The position numbers and the translations under genes are program-made. DNA of 64,000 nt from a virus: IMG/VR virus record IMGVR_UViG_3300014137_000003; one strand, written 5' to 3'. The notes below the pieces were generated by a model, which was not told where the DNA came from, did no database searches, and saw nothing but the letters and a program-made list of their open reading frames with translations. Numbering within the stretch: the stretch's first letter is position 1; every line of letters starts with the position of its first letter. Shown here one piece after another: positions 33,960 to 43,269 of this stretch.

Positions 33960-35102
33960 ATGGCACATTTTTTCCTAGATTACGATAATTTGGTTTATTT
34001 GTTGGACAATGCAACGTCTGTAACTTCTGACTCAGCCCTTAAGGATGCTGATAAGACTGTCTTCTTCCTTATTAAGGATGAGGGTGAAAGTATTGCAGTA
34101 GCTAAAAACTCCGACTTGTTCATTCGTGTTAAGTTTATTCCAGAGCTTGTAAAAGAGGCTGGAAATGTTCAGGTAAACTCATCAGAACTTAGCAAAATCT
34201 TGGGTACTTTCTCTAACTTGAGTAGGACTCGTGTTGAATCTATCGAGTTCAAAGTTCATAAATCTAAGGTACAGGTAATTGTTCATGAGTCTGCTCTTGA
34301 TGAAGATTACCAAGACTTTGCAGGGGATACCTCTTATAGTCTTGATAGTATCAACATTAAGGAGAAGACTCTCCAAGACATTAGCGTTGAGTTTGACGAT
34401 GAAAATGCAGTAGACGTTGACTCAATGGAATTGGATATTGTCCTTTCCACTTTGCTACCTATCATGGATAGCAAGAAAGGTCTTAACAACAACCAAATTC
34501 ACTTTGCTAGCGATCAAATCTTTGTAATGGATAACCGTTCTCAAATCTTCTATAAGAATATCCTACCTGAAGTATTCAGTAATTCATCATTCCGTTACAC
34601 TTCTGTAGCTTATATGCGTAAGCTTATTCAAACGTCTAACCACTTGCGTGTAGTAATTAGTGGTAACAAGTTTGCTATCCGTTCTGAGAGTGGTGAGGTT
34701 GAAGCGTATATCAACCAACTAGGGGTACGTTTCAACTATAAACCAACGCTTGAGAAAATCACCAAAGAAAATGGTATCATTTTGGACCGTGCGTTCCTTA
34801 AGGATATTATCCGACGCCTTTCAATTATGGGTAGTGACCCTAAAGTCTCTATTCAAGAAGACGGTGTTCATATCACTACAGAAAGTTTCTCTCGTGTAAT
34901 TCCTATTAGTAATTCTAAAGGTAATGTGGAAGGTATGGAGTTTAAGGTTAACTCTTCATTGCTTGCATCTATGATTATTGGAGATGACTCAGTAATGAGT
35001 AATAACTTGTTCCTTTATCTCGAACCTGTGAAACCTCGTGGTATTCAGTTAACTATCTCGGACGATAGTGGAGCGTTCTTGTCTAATACTAAGGTATCTT
35101 AA
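33960..35102 (+). CDS. hypothetical protein (size and context compatible with a DnaN-like sliding clamp; unverified)
   Basis: 380-aa ORF in the replication module. I recognised no diagnostic motif. Confidence 0.6.
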   Translation: MAHFFLDYDNLVYLLDNATSVTSDSALKDADKTVFFLIKDEGESIAVAKNSDLFIRVKFIPELVKEAGNVQVNSSELSKILGTFSNLSRTRVESIEFKVHKSKVQVIVHESALDEDYQDFAGDTSYSLDSINIKEKTLQDISVEFDDENAVDVDSMELDIVLSTLLPIMDSKKGLNNNQIHFASDQIFVMDNRSQIFYKNILPEVFSNSSFRYTSVAYMRKLIQTSNHLRVVISGNKFAIRSESGEVEAYINQLGVRFNYKPTLEKITKENGIILDRAFLKDIIRRLSIMGSDPKVSIQEDGVHITTESFSRVIPISNSKGNVEGMEFKVNSSLLASMIIGDDSVMSNNLFLYLEPVKPRGIQLTISDDSGAFLSNTKVS

Positions 35103-35131
35103 CTATCTGATTTAGTAGAAAGGAAATCTTA

Positions 35132-35824
35132 ATGGGGGTATATGCAACAACCATCACTTCGCTAAAGCGTGACTTAGTCGAAAAGGGGCGATTAGAGTCT
35201 CGTTTAGAGAAGCGACGTGAAGAAATTAAAGAGCAAAAACAAGAGTATGAGGACTTGGTGGCAGCTTCTAAGCTTATCTCAGCAGTAGCTGACAAACAGT
35301 CTTTGGATACTCTCGACTATATTACTGGTGTTATCAATAAAACTCTAGGAGAGTTGTTTAAGTCTGACACTCGACGTATCTTCTTGAAGAAACAGATGCA
35401 CGCAGGTCGATACGCTCACCTTAAGGTTCTACTTACAGATGCTGATGGTACTGAGTATGACATGATGTTGCAGTCTGGTACAGGTTTGCGACAAGTTATT
35501 TCATTCTTGTTCTGTATCTGCTTAATTCAAATTTCAGGTGGTCGTAAGCTATTCATTCAGGACGAGCTCTTAGGGGGTACTCACGGAGCAGCGAAAGAAG
35601 TGCTTAAGCAAATCATTAAAATCTTCGCTCAAGACTTCCAGTTTATCATGATTGAGTACGGCTTTGATGACCTAGGTAAAATCTATAGCGTAGAGAAACC
35701 TAATAAGTATGCTAATGTTTATGACCTTAGTGGTAAGGAATACGACCCGAAAGCAGTATTCTTGTTTACGGATGGTATAAGTTCTGCTGAAGGCAATATT
35801 GATTTAGCTGAAGTAGAAGAATAG
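35132..35824 (+). CDS. Rad50/SbcC-like ATPase, C-terminal half (signature and Walker B)
   Basis: A coiled-coil N-terminus, then QSGTGLRQVISF (signature-like) and KLFIQDELLGG (Walker B and D-loop). Confidence 0.6.
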   Translation: MGVYATTITSLKRDLVEKGRLESRLEKRREEIKEQKQEYEDLVAASKLISAVADKQSLDTLDYITGVINKTLGELFKSDTRRIFLKKQMHAGRYAHLKVLLTDADGTEYDMMLQSGTGLRQVISFLFCICLIQISGGRKLFIQDELLGGTHGAAKEVLKQIIKIFAQDFQFIMIEYGFDDLGKIYSVEKPNKYANVYDLSGKEYDPKAVFLFTDGISSAEGNIDLAEVEE

Positions 35825-35834
35825 GTTGAAAATT

Positions 35835-35855
35835 GGCTCCATTAGGAGTCTTTTT
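35835..35855 (+). terminator. rho-independent terminator
   Basis: GGCTCC-ATTA-GGAGTC followed by TTTTT. Confidence 0.6.
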
Positions 35856-35933
35856 CTTTGTAAGGGGTAGATTCGAATATTGTATTTTCTGTAGAGTTTA
35901 TATATTATTTCCCGTAAGGAGGGTACTAATTTT

Positions 35934-37466
35934 ATGTCTTATGTTTATGATAAAGTAGTTACTTCATTAGGTGGCAAACCCTTAGTAAGTAGTACCAAAG
36001 AAGGTATAACTGTAAAGGGTTGGTCGCCTAATATGTTTAAGAGGGTAGCCATCTTGACGGATGGTATTGTAGTAGAGTATCATGGTAGTGTCTCTCGTAG
36101 TCGTGTTATACCTTTTAATATAGAAGATGTTAGTAAGGATTTAGCCCAAGGAGCTAAGTATAAGAACCCACTTCGTCCTCTTTTTGAGTTCAAGGCTTTG
36201 TCTTGTTTGGAAGAGTTATTAGTTTCTAGCTCTTTAGTAACTGATAAGATGGTAAATAACTTTATTTCCACTATCTCTGATACGCACAGGCTTAGGCGAG
36301 TAGGGGTACTCCCTATGGAAGTTAAGACTTCCGACATTTCTTCTCTTATTGAAAAGTGTAATGCTCAGGAAGGTGGCAAACATTTACTTCTTTCTGATTT
36401 TATAAATGGTAGCACTAAGATTTCAACTCACAATGAAGACTACTACACAAAATACTATCTACGTCCTACATTGTATGAGTTAGATAAGCCAGGTGGTAGT
36501 TTACGGAAGTATTTTGATAATGTAAAAGCTGAAGTCCTTTCTAAAAGAACTGAAAGCAACAAAGTTTCTCTAGTAAATTCTTACATTGAATACGATAAAA
36601 AGAATATTCGCTTTTGGAATAGTGTTGTTGATTTCTTAAACAATAAAGAAAATCCTACAAAGTATCCTAAGCTTTATACAACTTTGAAGGCTCATTCTGT
36701 TGCAAATAGTGGTTGTTATCTTGAGGGGCTTAAGGACTACTTTAGCTCACGTGGTACTAGCGACCCAATCTATAAGGTCTATAAAATCTTGGGGTATCTA
36801 GACACTAAGGGTTCTAGTAAACCTAACTCTGAGGCTAAAGGTTTCTTAAGAAAGATGGAATCTGTTGCAAATAATTCTTACACTTCTGTCTTAGAAGTAA
36901 TTAAGAAAGACAGCAATGGTTTATTAGGCAATCTTAAGTTACCTAAAGACTCTAGTCGCACTTACATAGTGATGTCAGTACTTGAGATTTTGAATTCCGA
37001 AACTGTCGGTACTGACAACAAAAAGGTCAAATCAGAATTCCGAGACTCTGAAGTAGAAGATGATGCAACTAAAGTTGCTAACGAAGAGTTGAAAGCTAGT
37101 ATCAAGAATTCTTTACCCGAGAGCCTAATGGTAGGGTTGTTTGACTTATGGGAGTCTCTACAAGATAGTTATAAGGAAACAGCAGGTATGCTCTTAACGG
37201 CAAAAGAAAGAGATTTCGATAAGAGGTTCTCTGAAAAGTCTTTGAGTGAGTTAGGTTTGCAACGTCATGCTGAAACCCTATCTCTATTGGGGTATTGTGG
37301 GGGTAGTGATTCCCTAGAAGGCTTGGTTGACTTATCGTTTACCGATGCTTTAAGCAGTCTCTGTCATATGGTAACGAGGGGTAGCTTAGCTGAGTTGCGT
37401 GCTGAGCCTTGGAAGAATCTTTCAGACACTGACAAATGTAGTTATATTATTGGGAGGATTAACTAG
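35934..37466 (+). CDS. hypothetical protein
   Basis: 510-aa ORF with an AGGAGGGTA SD. Confidence 0.65.
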   Translation: MSYVYDKVVTSLGGKPLVSSTKEGITVKGWSPNMFKRVAILTDGIVVEYHGSVSRSRVIPFNIEDVSKDLAQGAKYKNPLRPLFEFKALSCLEELLVSSSLVTDKMVNNFISTISDTHRLRRVGVLPMEVKTSDISSLIEKCNAQEGGKHLLLSDFINGSTKISTHNEDYYTKYYLRPTLYELDKPGGSLRKYFDNVKAEVLSKRTESNKVSLVNSYIEYDKKNIRFWNSVVDFLNNKENPTKYPKLYTTLKAHSVANSGCYLEGLKDYFSSRGTSDPIYKVYKILGYLDTKGSSKPNSEAKGFLRKMESVANNSYTSVLEVIKKDSNGLLGNLKLPKDSSRTYIVMSVLEILNSETVGTDNKKVKSEFRDSEVEDDATKVANEELKASIKNSLPESLMVGLFDLWESLQDSYKETAGMLLTAKERDFDKRFSEKSLSELGLQRHAETLSLLGYCGGSDSLEGLVDLSFTDALSSLCHMVTRGSLAELRAEPWKNLSDTDKCSYIIGRIN

Positions 37467-40400
37467 TGGCATATATTAAAGAAGTCCTTAGTGGCATTAA
37501 ACAATTAAATTCGCCTAACGAGGTCAAATCTATCGTAGTAGGTAAGGATTTTGTTTATCTACGAAAACACAAAGACGATGACCCTCAACCCAGTTTATTT
37601 ATACCGTTTGACCCTAGTTTGGTAGGTAGTGACGACCCTTTATTCTTCATGGACGAGAGGACCTATGGTACTGCCGAGGAGCTCTTTGTTTATGAGGGGT
37701 ATTCGCATTCTCCGATTATTGAGAGCTATATGCATAAGGCTACTGAAGAAAGGGCACGTCTATCTACTTTAATTATTGGTAGTAAAGAAGAGATTGATAC
37801 TTGTGCTAGTGGGGTAGATGCAGGGGCTAGTATAGAGGACTTAGGTTATTCTTATGCTAGATCGATTGTAGATTTCTCTCATATCTATCCTTTACAGCCC
37901 GAGCATTACTCTTGGGATGCCGTTGAGGGTCTTGAGTACTTTAGGGGAGTAGAGGAGCTTGTCGCCAACACGTATGGTACTGCTGAGGGTGAAGATGATT
38001 CTAGGGGTACTGAGGAAGTATCCGACGAGGACTTGGACGGTGTTGGGGGTACTAAAGAGCTAGATTCGGAAGAAGTAGAAGAAAGTACCCCTACAGCTGA
38101 TGATTATACCATCCAAGATGCCGTTGAGTACTATGCACCGCATATTGATACGGTAGTTTCTGATATTGTTTCTAACTACACAAAACTATTTAAAGCGGGG
38201 TATCAACTTAAGAGACCTGTTGGTGTTCTTGGTGAGCAGGGTGACTCGGGTAAACTTATGACTTTGAGTGGTAGTTCACAGACCTTTACGAAACCTAACC
38301 CAGTTATTCGTGCTTTATATCAGCTTACGGTTGCTGAATATAATTTGACGATACTTCCTTATCGTTCGGTTGACCATATCGCATCTATCATCGTAAACGG
38401 GGTAACTCCTGATGGGGCAACTATTTCTCCAGATACTCGATTGTACTTCCCTTATAAGATGCTAGAGTTTGCTTACGGTAGGAAGACACCTAAAGCAACT
38501 GAGGGTGGTAAAACTAACTATCCTAAGCACTCTGAAAAGTTGAACTGGGACGCTTATGCTAGTGAGGTAGACGAGAACTTACGTCAGGTTACTAGGGGTA
38601 TCGTTGCTAAAATTTTAGGAAACTTTGAAGACGTAGATTATTTTGATGCTAAGGTTGAGTCTAGTATTACTGAATCCTTAACTCGCTTTAAGGATGTGTT
38701 TACTACTTGTATTCTTGTAGGCGAGTTTCCTCTTATCAAAGGTTTACCATCCTTGTTAAAAGTTAGAACTCTTTTACCTTTTGAATTACATAATAATCAT
38801 AACGTAGCAACCGAGGCTATGAGGGTAGGTATTTCTTCTTTGGGAACCGATCCGTTTGAGGGTATTCCTATTCATGATGGGGTATATCACATGTACACCC
38901 ATGAGTATAATCACTCTTTAGCTAACAGTAAGCCAATGTATGCCTATCATGCAGCTAAATCTCTTAAAGAGTCAGGACACGAAGTAAATTATAAGAATAT
39001 GATTATCGGTCTTGGCTTGGATGATTCTATCTTGCAGAATGGTAGTGGTAATGTTAACCTCGTACCTAATATGAGCCACTTCTTAGTAGCAGGCTCTAGG
39101 GCAGGTAAGGGTGTTGACAGTATGGCAAAACTAGCAGCAGCACTTAAGTCAGGTAAACCTGTCTTTTACTTAGATAATAAGCCCGATATTGGTGCAGTTC
39201 TGTTAGATATTGAACCTAATGCCTTTGTTGTAAATGGTCAGTTGGTTACATCATCTGTCGATGGTGGTACTAATATTGGTGGTCACTTTATGGGTAGCTC
39301 AGCATTAGCTAATGTTAACCCTCAAGGTGTTCCGTCTTACTTATACAATTCTAGTGATGCCCTATTTAGGGGTAGGTCTTACAGTCAGTTGGGGGCAGTG
39401 TTCTACGCAAGAGCTTTGCAGTTGATTATGCTTATTACTTACTTTAGGACTCTAGACGATATTTCAGCTAAGATAGACTTAGGTGATAAGTCTAATGGTA
39501 TCGTTGCTTTCTTCGATGAGTTTAACGTAACACAGGATTCAGGTCTTGGACCTTTAATGCAAAAGATTTACTTCAACTATGCTAGAACAGATTATGCTGA
39601 GGCTGAGCGTAACGCCCAAGAGACTGGTAAGAAAAACTCTGTAAGGAAACCTAGTCAAAATGCCTATTGGGGTACTGCCTTTACTGAGTCCTTAAAGAAT
39701 ACGGCTATGATGTTAGCTGATGGTACTAAAGCAGGTTACATGAACGGGGAAGCAGCAGCGTCTGATATTTTTATTGTAGGTCAGGACTTACCAGATGTTA
39801 TTGAGTCTGCAGAAGATTTCGATGACTTCTTCCCAACTCACCGTGGTAAGAACACAGAACGTGCACAGTTTGCTAGTGGTAAAGGTAGTGGTAAGACTCA
39901 ACCTCTCGTTCCTTTAGTATCACCAGGTGGAGCTGATATCTTTGTGGGGTATAACCTTAAGCACTCAAATTACTTGAATCAGTCTCGTGGTTTCGCAAAA
40001 GACAAACTAGACAAAGATGCTCGTTTATTTGCTTATATTCCTACTTATAATAGGGGTACTAAGAAACAAATTGAAAGTGGTAACGAAGAGTTCGCTAGAA
40101 ATGTTCCTACTTATTATAAACCTCTCTTACTTTTAGCTGATGCTGATATGGATAAGTATTTTGTTAAGAATGCTATGTCCTATGCTATTGAGTCGGGTAT
40201 TGACGCTGAGTCTATTATCTTAGACAATGCTCAAGAGGATGAACAAGGTAACCCAATAAAATTTGAAAAACGTCAGTTTAGCGATAATAAGGGGCATAAG
40301 TATACAACAGAATATAGAATTCACCCAGCAGTAGGTTTTAAAGATTATTTAAATTATATTGGTATGGATGATTCTAGTATCTCTAGTTCCTTAAAAGCAG

Positions 40401-41812
40401 CAAGTAATATGGCTCAGCGTGTTGTATCTGCTCTAGGTTATGAGGGTACTTGGAGGGACTTCGTACAGGATTTGCGTCCAGAGTATATGCTCCATGCAAA
40501 TAATGTATTAGAATCCCTTAGAACTGGTAAACGTTTATCGGATTTGAATGCTAAAACATTCTCGGAGTTTAGGGAGGGGTATCCAGAAGCCTTCACAGTT
40601 TCCGATATTTCTCGATTAGGAGAGGAGACTGGTGAGTCTGATGTATCCTATGAAGATATTGACTTTGCAAGTTTAGGTAAAGCAGTCTATGCTAATTCTG
40701 AAAATGCATCAGCGGATGAAGTAGAGGAAATCTTCAAACAAGATGGCTTATTGGATGACATTGACCTAGGTAATGAGCATGATATTTATGATAATGCTCA
40801 AAGTGTTCAGTTCTCTCAAGAGGATCGCCTTAAGGATTTAACCATTTCGGATATTCAAAACCTTACTCCTAACGAGCAAAAAGCTATCTATGATATGCTT
40901 ATTGAAGGTTTAAAGAACAAGCCCGATATTGAAAATCCTAATGACGAACAACTAGGTTATGGTAAGCTAGGGGTAGCCTATGATAACTATGGTAGAGCTT
41001 ACAAGATTGACACATCTCAAGTAGATAAGACTTCTTCGGTTTATGATGATGTTATTCTAGACGATAATATCTCTAAACTAGACGGAAGTGTACATGAGGT
41101 TTCTTATCAGGCTCTAGTTAAAACTATAACAGAAAAGGCAGTAGCAGTAGCCAAAACTGGTGGTGGTTTTAAGACTATATCTGTTCTTGGTGGTGCTTTA
41201 GTTATCAATGAGGTAATGATTGGTCTCAAAATCCCTGAGAACCTTTTAGGTGGCTTACCAAGTAATGTAGCTGATGACATTAGAAGTGGTAGACTAGCTA
41301 AGTACTTTAATTGGAGGCTATTGCGTAGAAGTGGAGTAGTTACTTTGAAGGTAGATTCCTCTAGGTTTGTCTTTACAGAAATCTCAGAGGGTATGGGGTA
41401 TTCTAAGAACTTTAATGTTCAACAGTTATTTGAAGACTTACCAAGACTTCAAAAGTTTGTAGTAGGAAGCGAAGAATACACTAGAGCACGTGTTAATTCT
41501 ATTGCAAGAAACCAGGAAGAAGACCCCTTCTACCAACCTCGTAGGGCAGAGCAAGCTTACAGACTCTCTCAAGCTTGGTTAGGTAGTAAGAGGTTGGCAT
41601 CTTGGCAACGTGCTAATGATGTTTGGAAACGTAAAGACTTGGGTACTTTCCGTAAAGTCTTAAGTACGGTAGGTAATACAACTCTTGCAGGTGCTAGTGG
41701 GGCTACGGAAGCTACTGGTTGGGCTGGACGCAAACTCTTTAGAAGCGTAGGTCGTGCAGCTAGTGAGTTTAAGTCTATGCTTGATGACTCCAAGAACTTA
41801 GGAAAGAAATAG
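37466..41812 (+). CDS. very large P-loop NTPase-containing protein
   Basis: 1448-aa ORF with central LVAGSRAGKGVDS (Walker A-like) and IVAFFDEFNV (Walker B-like). It may be FtsK/HerA/TraG-like, but this is unverified. Confidence 0.7.
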   Translation: MAYIKEVLSGIKQLNSPNEVKSIVVGKDFVYLRKHKDDDPQPSLFIPFDPSLVGSDDPLFFMDERTYGTAEELFVYEGYSHSPIIESYMHKATEERARLSTLIIGSKEEIDTCASGVDAGASIEDLGYSYARSIVDFSHIYPLQPEHYSWDAVEGLEYFRGVEELVANTYGTAEGEDDSRGTEEVSDEDLDGVGGTKELDSEEVEESTPTADDYTIQDAVEYYAPHIDTVVSDIVSNYTKLFKAGYQLKRPVGVLGEQGDSGKLMTLSGSSQTFTKPNPVIRALYQLTVAEYNLTILPYRSVDHIASIIVNGVTPDGATISPDTRLYFPYKMLEFAYGRKTPKATEGGKTNYPKHSEKLNWDAYASEVDENLRQVTRGIVAKILGNFEDVDYFDAKVESSITESLTRFKDVFTTCILVGEFPLIKGLPSLLKVRTLLPFELHNNHNVATEAMRVGISSLGTDPFEGIPIHDGVYHMYTHEYNHSLANSKPMYAYHAAKSLKESGHEVNYKNMIIGLGLDDSILQNGSGNVNLVPNMSHFLVAGSRAGKGVDSMAKLAAALKSGKPVFYLDNKPDIGAVLLDIEPNAFVVNGQLVTSSVDGGTNIGGHFMGSSALANVNPQGVPSYLYNSSDALFRGRSYSQLGAVFYARALQLIMLITYFRTLDDISAKIDLGDKSNGIVAFFDEFNVTQDSGLGPLMQKIYFNYARTDYAEAERNAQETGKKNSVRKPSQNAYWGTAFTESLKNTAMMLADGTKAGYMNGEAAASDIFIVGQDLPDVIESAEDFDDFFPTHRGKNTERAQFASGKGSGKTQPLVPLVSPGGADIFVGYNLKHSNYLNQSRGFAKDKLDKDARLFAYIPTYNRGTKKQIESGNEEFARNVPTYYKPLLLLADADMDKYFVKNAMSYAIESGIDAESIILDNAQEDEQGNPIKFEKRQFSDNKGHKYTTEYRIHPAVGFKDYLNYIGMDDSSISSSLKAASNMAQRVVSALGYEGTWRDFVQDLRPEYMLHANNVLESLRTGKRLSDLNAKTFSEFREGYPEAFTVSDISRLGEETGESDVSYEDIDFASLGKAVYANSENASADEVEEIFKQDGLLDDIDLGNEHDIYDNAQSVQFSQEDRLKDLTISDIQNLTPNEQKAIYDMLIEGLKNKPDIENPNDEQLGYGKLGVAYDNYGRAYKIDTSQVDKTSSVYDDVILDDNISKLDGSVHEVSYQALVKTITEKAVAVAKTGGGFKTISVLGGALVINEVMIGLKIPENLLGGLPSNVADDIRSGRLAKYFNWRLLRRSGVVTLKVDSSRFVFTEISEGMGYSKNFNVQQLFEDLPRLQKFVVGSEEYTRARVNSIARNQEEDPFYQPRRAEQAYRLSQAWLGSKRLASWQRANDVWKRKDLGTFRKVLSTVGNTTLAGASGATEATGWAGRKLFRSVGRAASEFKSMLDDSKNLGKK

Positions 41813-41840
41813 GTAAACAGTTTGCTTATTTCTTAAGTTT

Positions 41841-41850
41841 TGGGTAAAAT
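41841..41850 (+). promoter_or_regulatory. promoter (TGGGTAAAAT + AGTATTAT)
   Basis: Upstream of the J-domain gene. Confidence 0.5.
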
Positions 41851-41888
41851 AGTATTATAAAAATTAGTTAGAAAGTTGGTATTTCGAG

Positions 41889-42131
41889 ATGGCTACGAGT
41901 AACCCATATCGAGTATTAGGTGTTAGTCCTAGTACGTCTTACGAAGAGGCTAAGCGTATCTATCGTAGGAAGGTTAAGAACCTCCACCCCGATTTAGGGG
42001 GCGACGCTAAGTTGATGATGGAAGTCAAGGAGGCTTGGGATTATCTCAATGCTAATCGAGATACTATGCTTGGTCAAACTAGCTCAGTCGGGGTAACCCA
42101 CAAATCACTTTTTGAAATTTTAGATAAATAG
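41889..42131 (+). CDS. J-domain (DnaJ-like) co-chaperone
   Basis: NPYRVLGVSPSTSYEEAKRIYRRKVKNLHPDLGGD contains the HPD motif. Confidence 0.85.
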   Translation: MATSNPYRVLGVSPSTSYEEAKRIYRRKVKNLHPDLGGDAKLMMEVKEAWDYLNANRDTMLGQTSSVGVTHKSLFEILDK

Positions 42132-42141
42132 GAGTAATAAA

Positions 42142-42603
42142 ATGGCAGTAAATTTCCCAGAAAACGTAACTTTGGTTAAATCACCTATGGTGAAAATGAA
42201 GTGGCAAGCAAATCGCTTTGTAACACAAAACGGTTTCTTCCTACACGGTGCAGTTATTGAGTATAAGCACCCAGAAACTGGCAACCTTACAGGGGTAGCT
42301 TTCCCAGGAAACGGTAAAGCAGTTGTATTCTCAAATCCAGATGGTACAAACAAGACTGGACGTCAAGTAATGACTATCGTTAACAAGATTGCAAAGGAAA
42401 ACAAAGACCTTGTAGCTCAAGGTGATTTCCCAACAACCTTTATCACAGACTATCAAGAAGCCTTTGAAATCTATGATAACGGTCATCGTTCCGATAACTT
42501 CCTCCCAGAGTACTGGTCTGCAGACTTGACTGATGAAGATATTGCGGATATCGAAGCTCGCCTAGAAGATCTTAAATCTTTCGACGAACAGGAAGAAGTT
42601 TAA
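42142..42603 (+). CDS. hypothetical acidic-tailed protein
   Basis: 153-aa ORF with host-like codon usage and its own terminator. Confidence 0.7.
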   Translation: MAVNFPENVTLVKSPMVKMKWQANRFVTQNGFFLHGAVIEYKHPETGNLTGVAFPGNGKAVVFSNPDGTNKTGRQVMTIVNKIAKENKDLVAQGDFPTTFITDYQEAFEIYDNGHRSDNFLPEYWSADLTDEDIADIEARLEDLKSFDEQEEV

Positions 42604-42609
42604 ATTTGA

Positions 42610-42636
42610 AAGGTTGGGTTTCCAACCTTTTCTTTT
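42610..42636 (+). terminator. rho-independent terminator
   Basis: AAGGTTGG-GTTT-CCAACCTT followed by TTCTTTT. Confidence 0.8.
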
Positions 42637-42654
42637 ACACTGGAGGGTGGTACT

Positions 42655-43101
42655 GTGGCATTAGTAAAAGTATATACGGTACAACCTTTGTGGGTAGCTT
42701 TGGCTATAATGAAAGGTAACTATGTACCGAAATTAGATAAAAGTTTTGCAGCTGAGCATGAATTATTTATGGATGCTTATTTGGACATGCGTAGTTCTTA
42801 TGTAAGGATGTGTGGAATTCCTTTCTTAGAAAATGAAACGGGCTTATGGGGGTATCCTTCTGCGAATATTATCGATAAGTCCAAATTAAAGCCTGACGAG
42901 GTTTTATGTGAGGTAACTATAAATGAAGATTTCTTACTCGAAAGCTCTTTCGATGTATGGGAATCTATTCTTGACGGTACTCGCAATGTGTATGTTCACA
43001 ATAGAGAATTATTCTTTCCAAAAGAAGGACTTAAACAGGTTTATTTCTCTTCTGCAATTGTTGAAAATCTAGAAATTATGAAAACTCCTATTTTTTATTA
43101 A
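42655..43101 (+). CDS. hypothetical protein
   Basis: GTG start after GGAGGG. Confidence 0.55.
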   Translation: MALVKVYTVQPLWVALAIMKGNYVPKLDKSFAAEHELFMDAYLDMRSSYVRMCGIPFLENETGLWGYPSANIIDKSKLKPDEVLCEVTINEDFLLESSFDVWESILDGTRNVYVHNRELFFPKEGLKQVYFSSAIVENLEIMKTPIFY

Positions 43102-43125
43102 CATATAAAATGGGGGTTAAATAGA

Positions 43126-43149
43126 CTAGCCTAAATAGGCTAGTTTTTT
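43126..43149 (+). terminator. rho-independent terminator
   Basis: CTAGCCT-AAAT-AGGCTAG followed by TTTTTT. Confidence 0.8.
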
Positions 43150-43181
43150 AGTTGAATAGGTTATATTTTTATCTAAGATTT

Positions 43182-43190
43182 TGGTATAAT
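43182..43190 (+). promoter_or_regulatory. extended -10 promoter (TGGTATAAT + GAGTATAT)
   Basis: Upstream of 43270. Confidence 0.6.
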
Positions 43191-43269
43191 ATGAGTATAT
43201 GAATCGTTGGTTTAGCTCTTATTTATAGGGGCTGAATTTTACTTATTCTAGTAGAGAGGAGTTTATTTA

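Noticed and set aside
33960-35102. A firm call of the 380-aa ORF as a DnaN-type sliding clamp.
   Set aside because: Only its size and genomic context support this. I could not identify diagnostic motifs by eye, so it is left as hypothetical.
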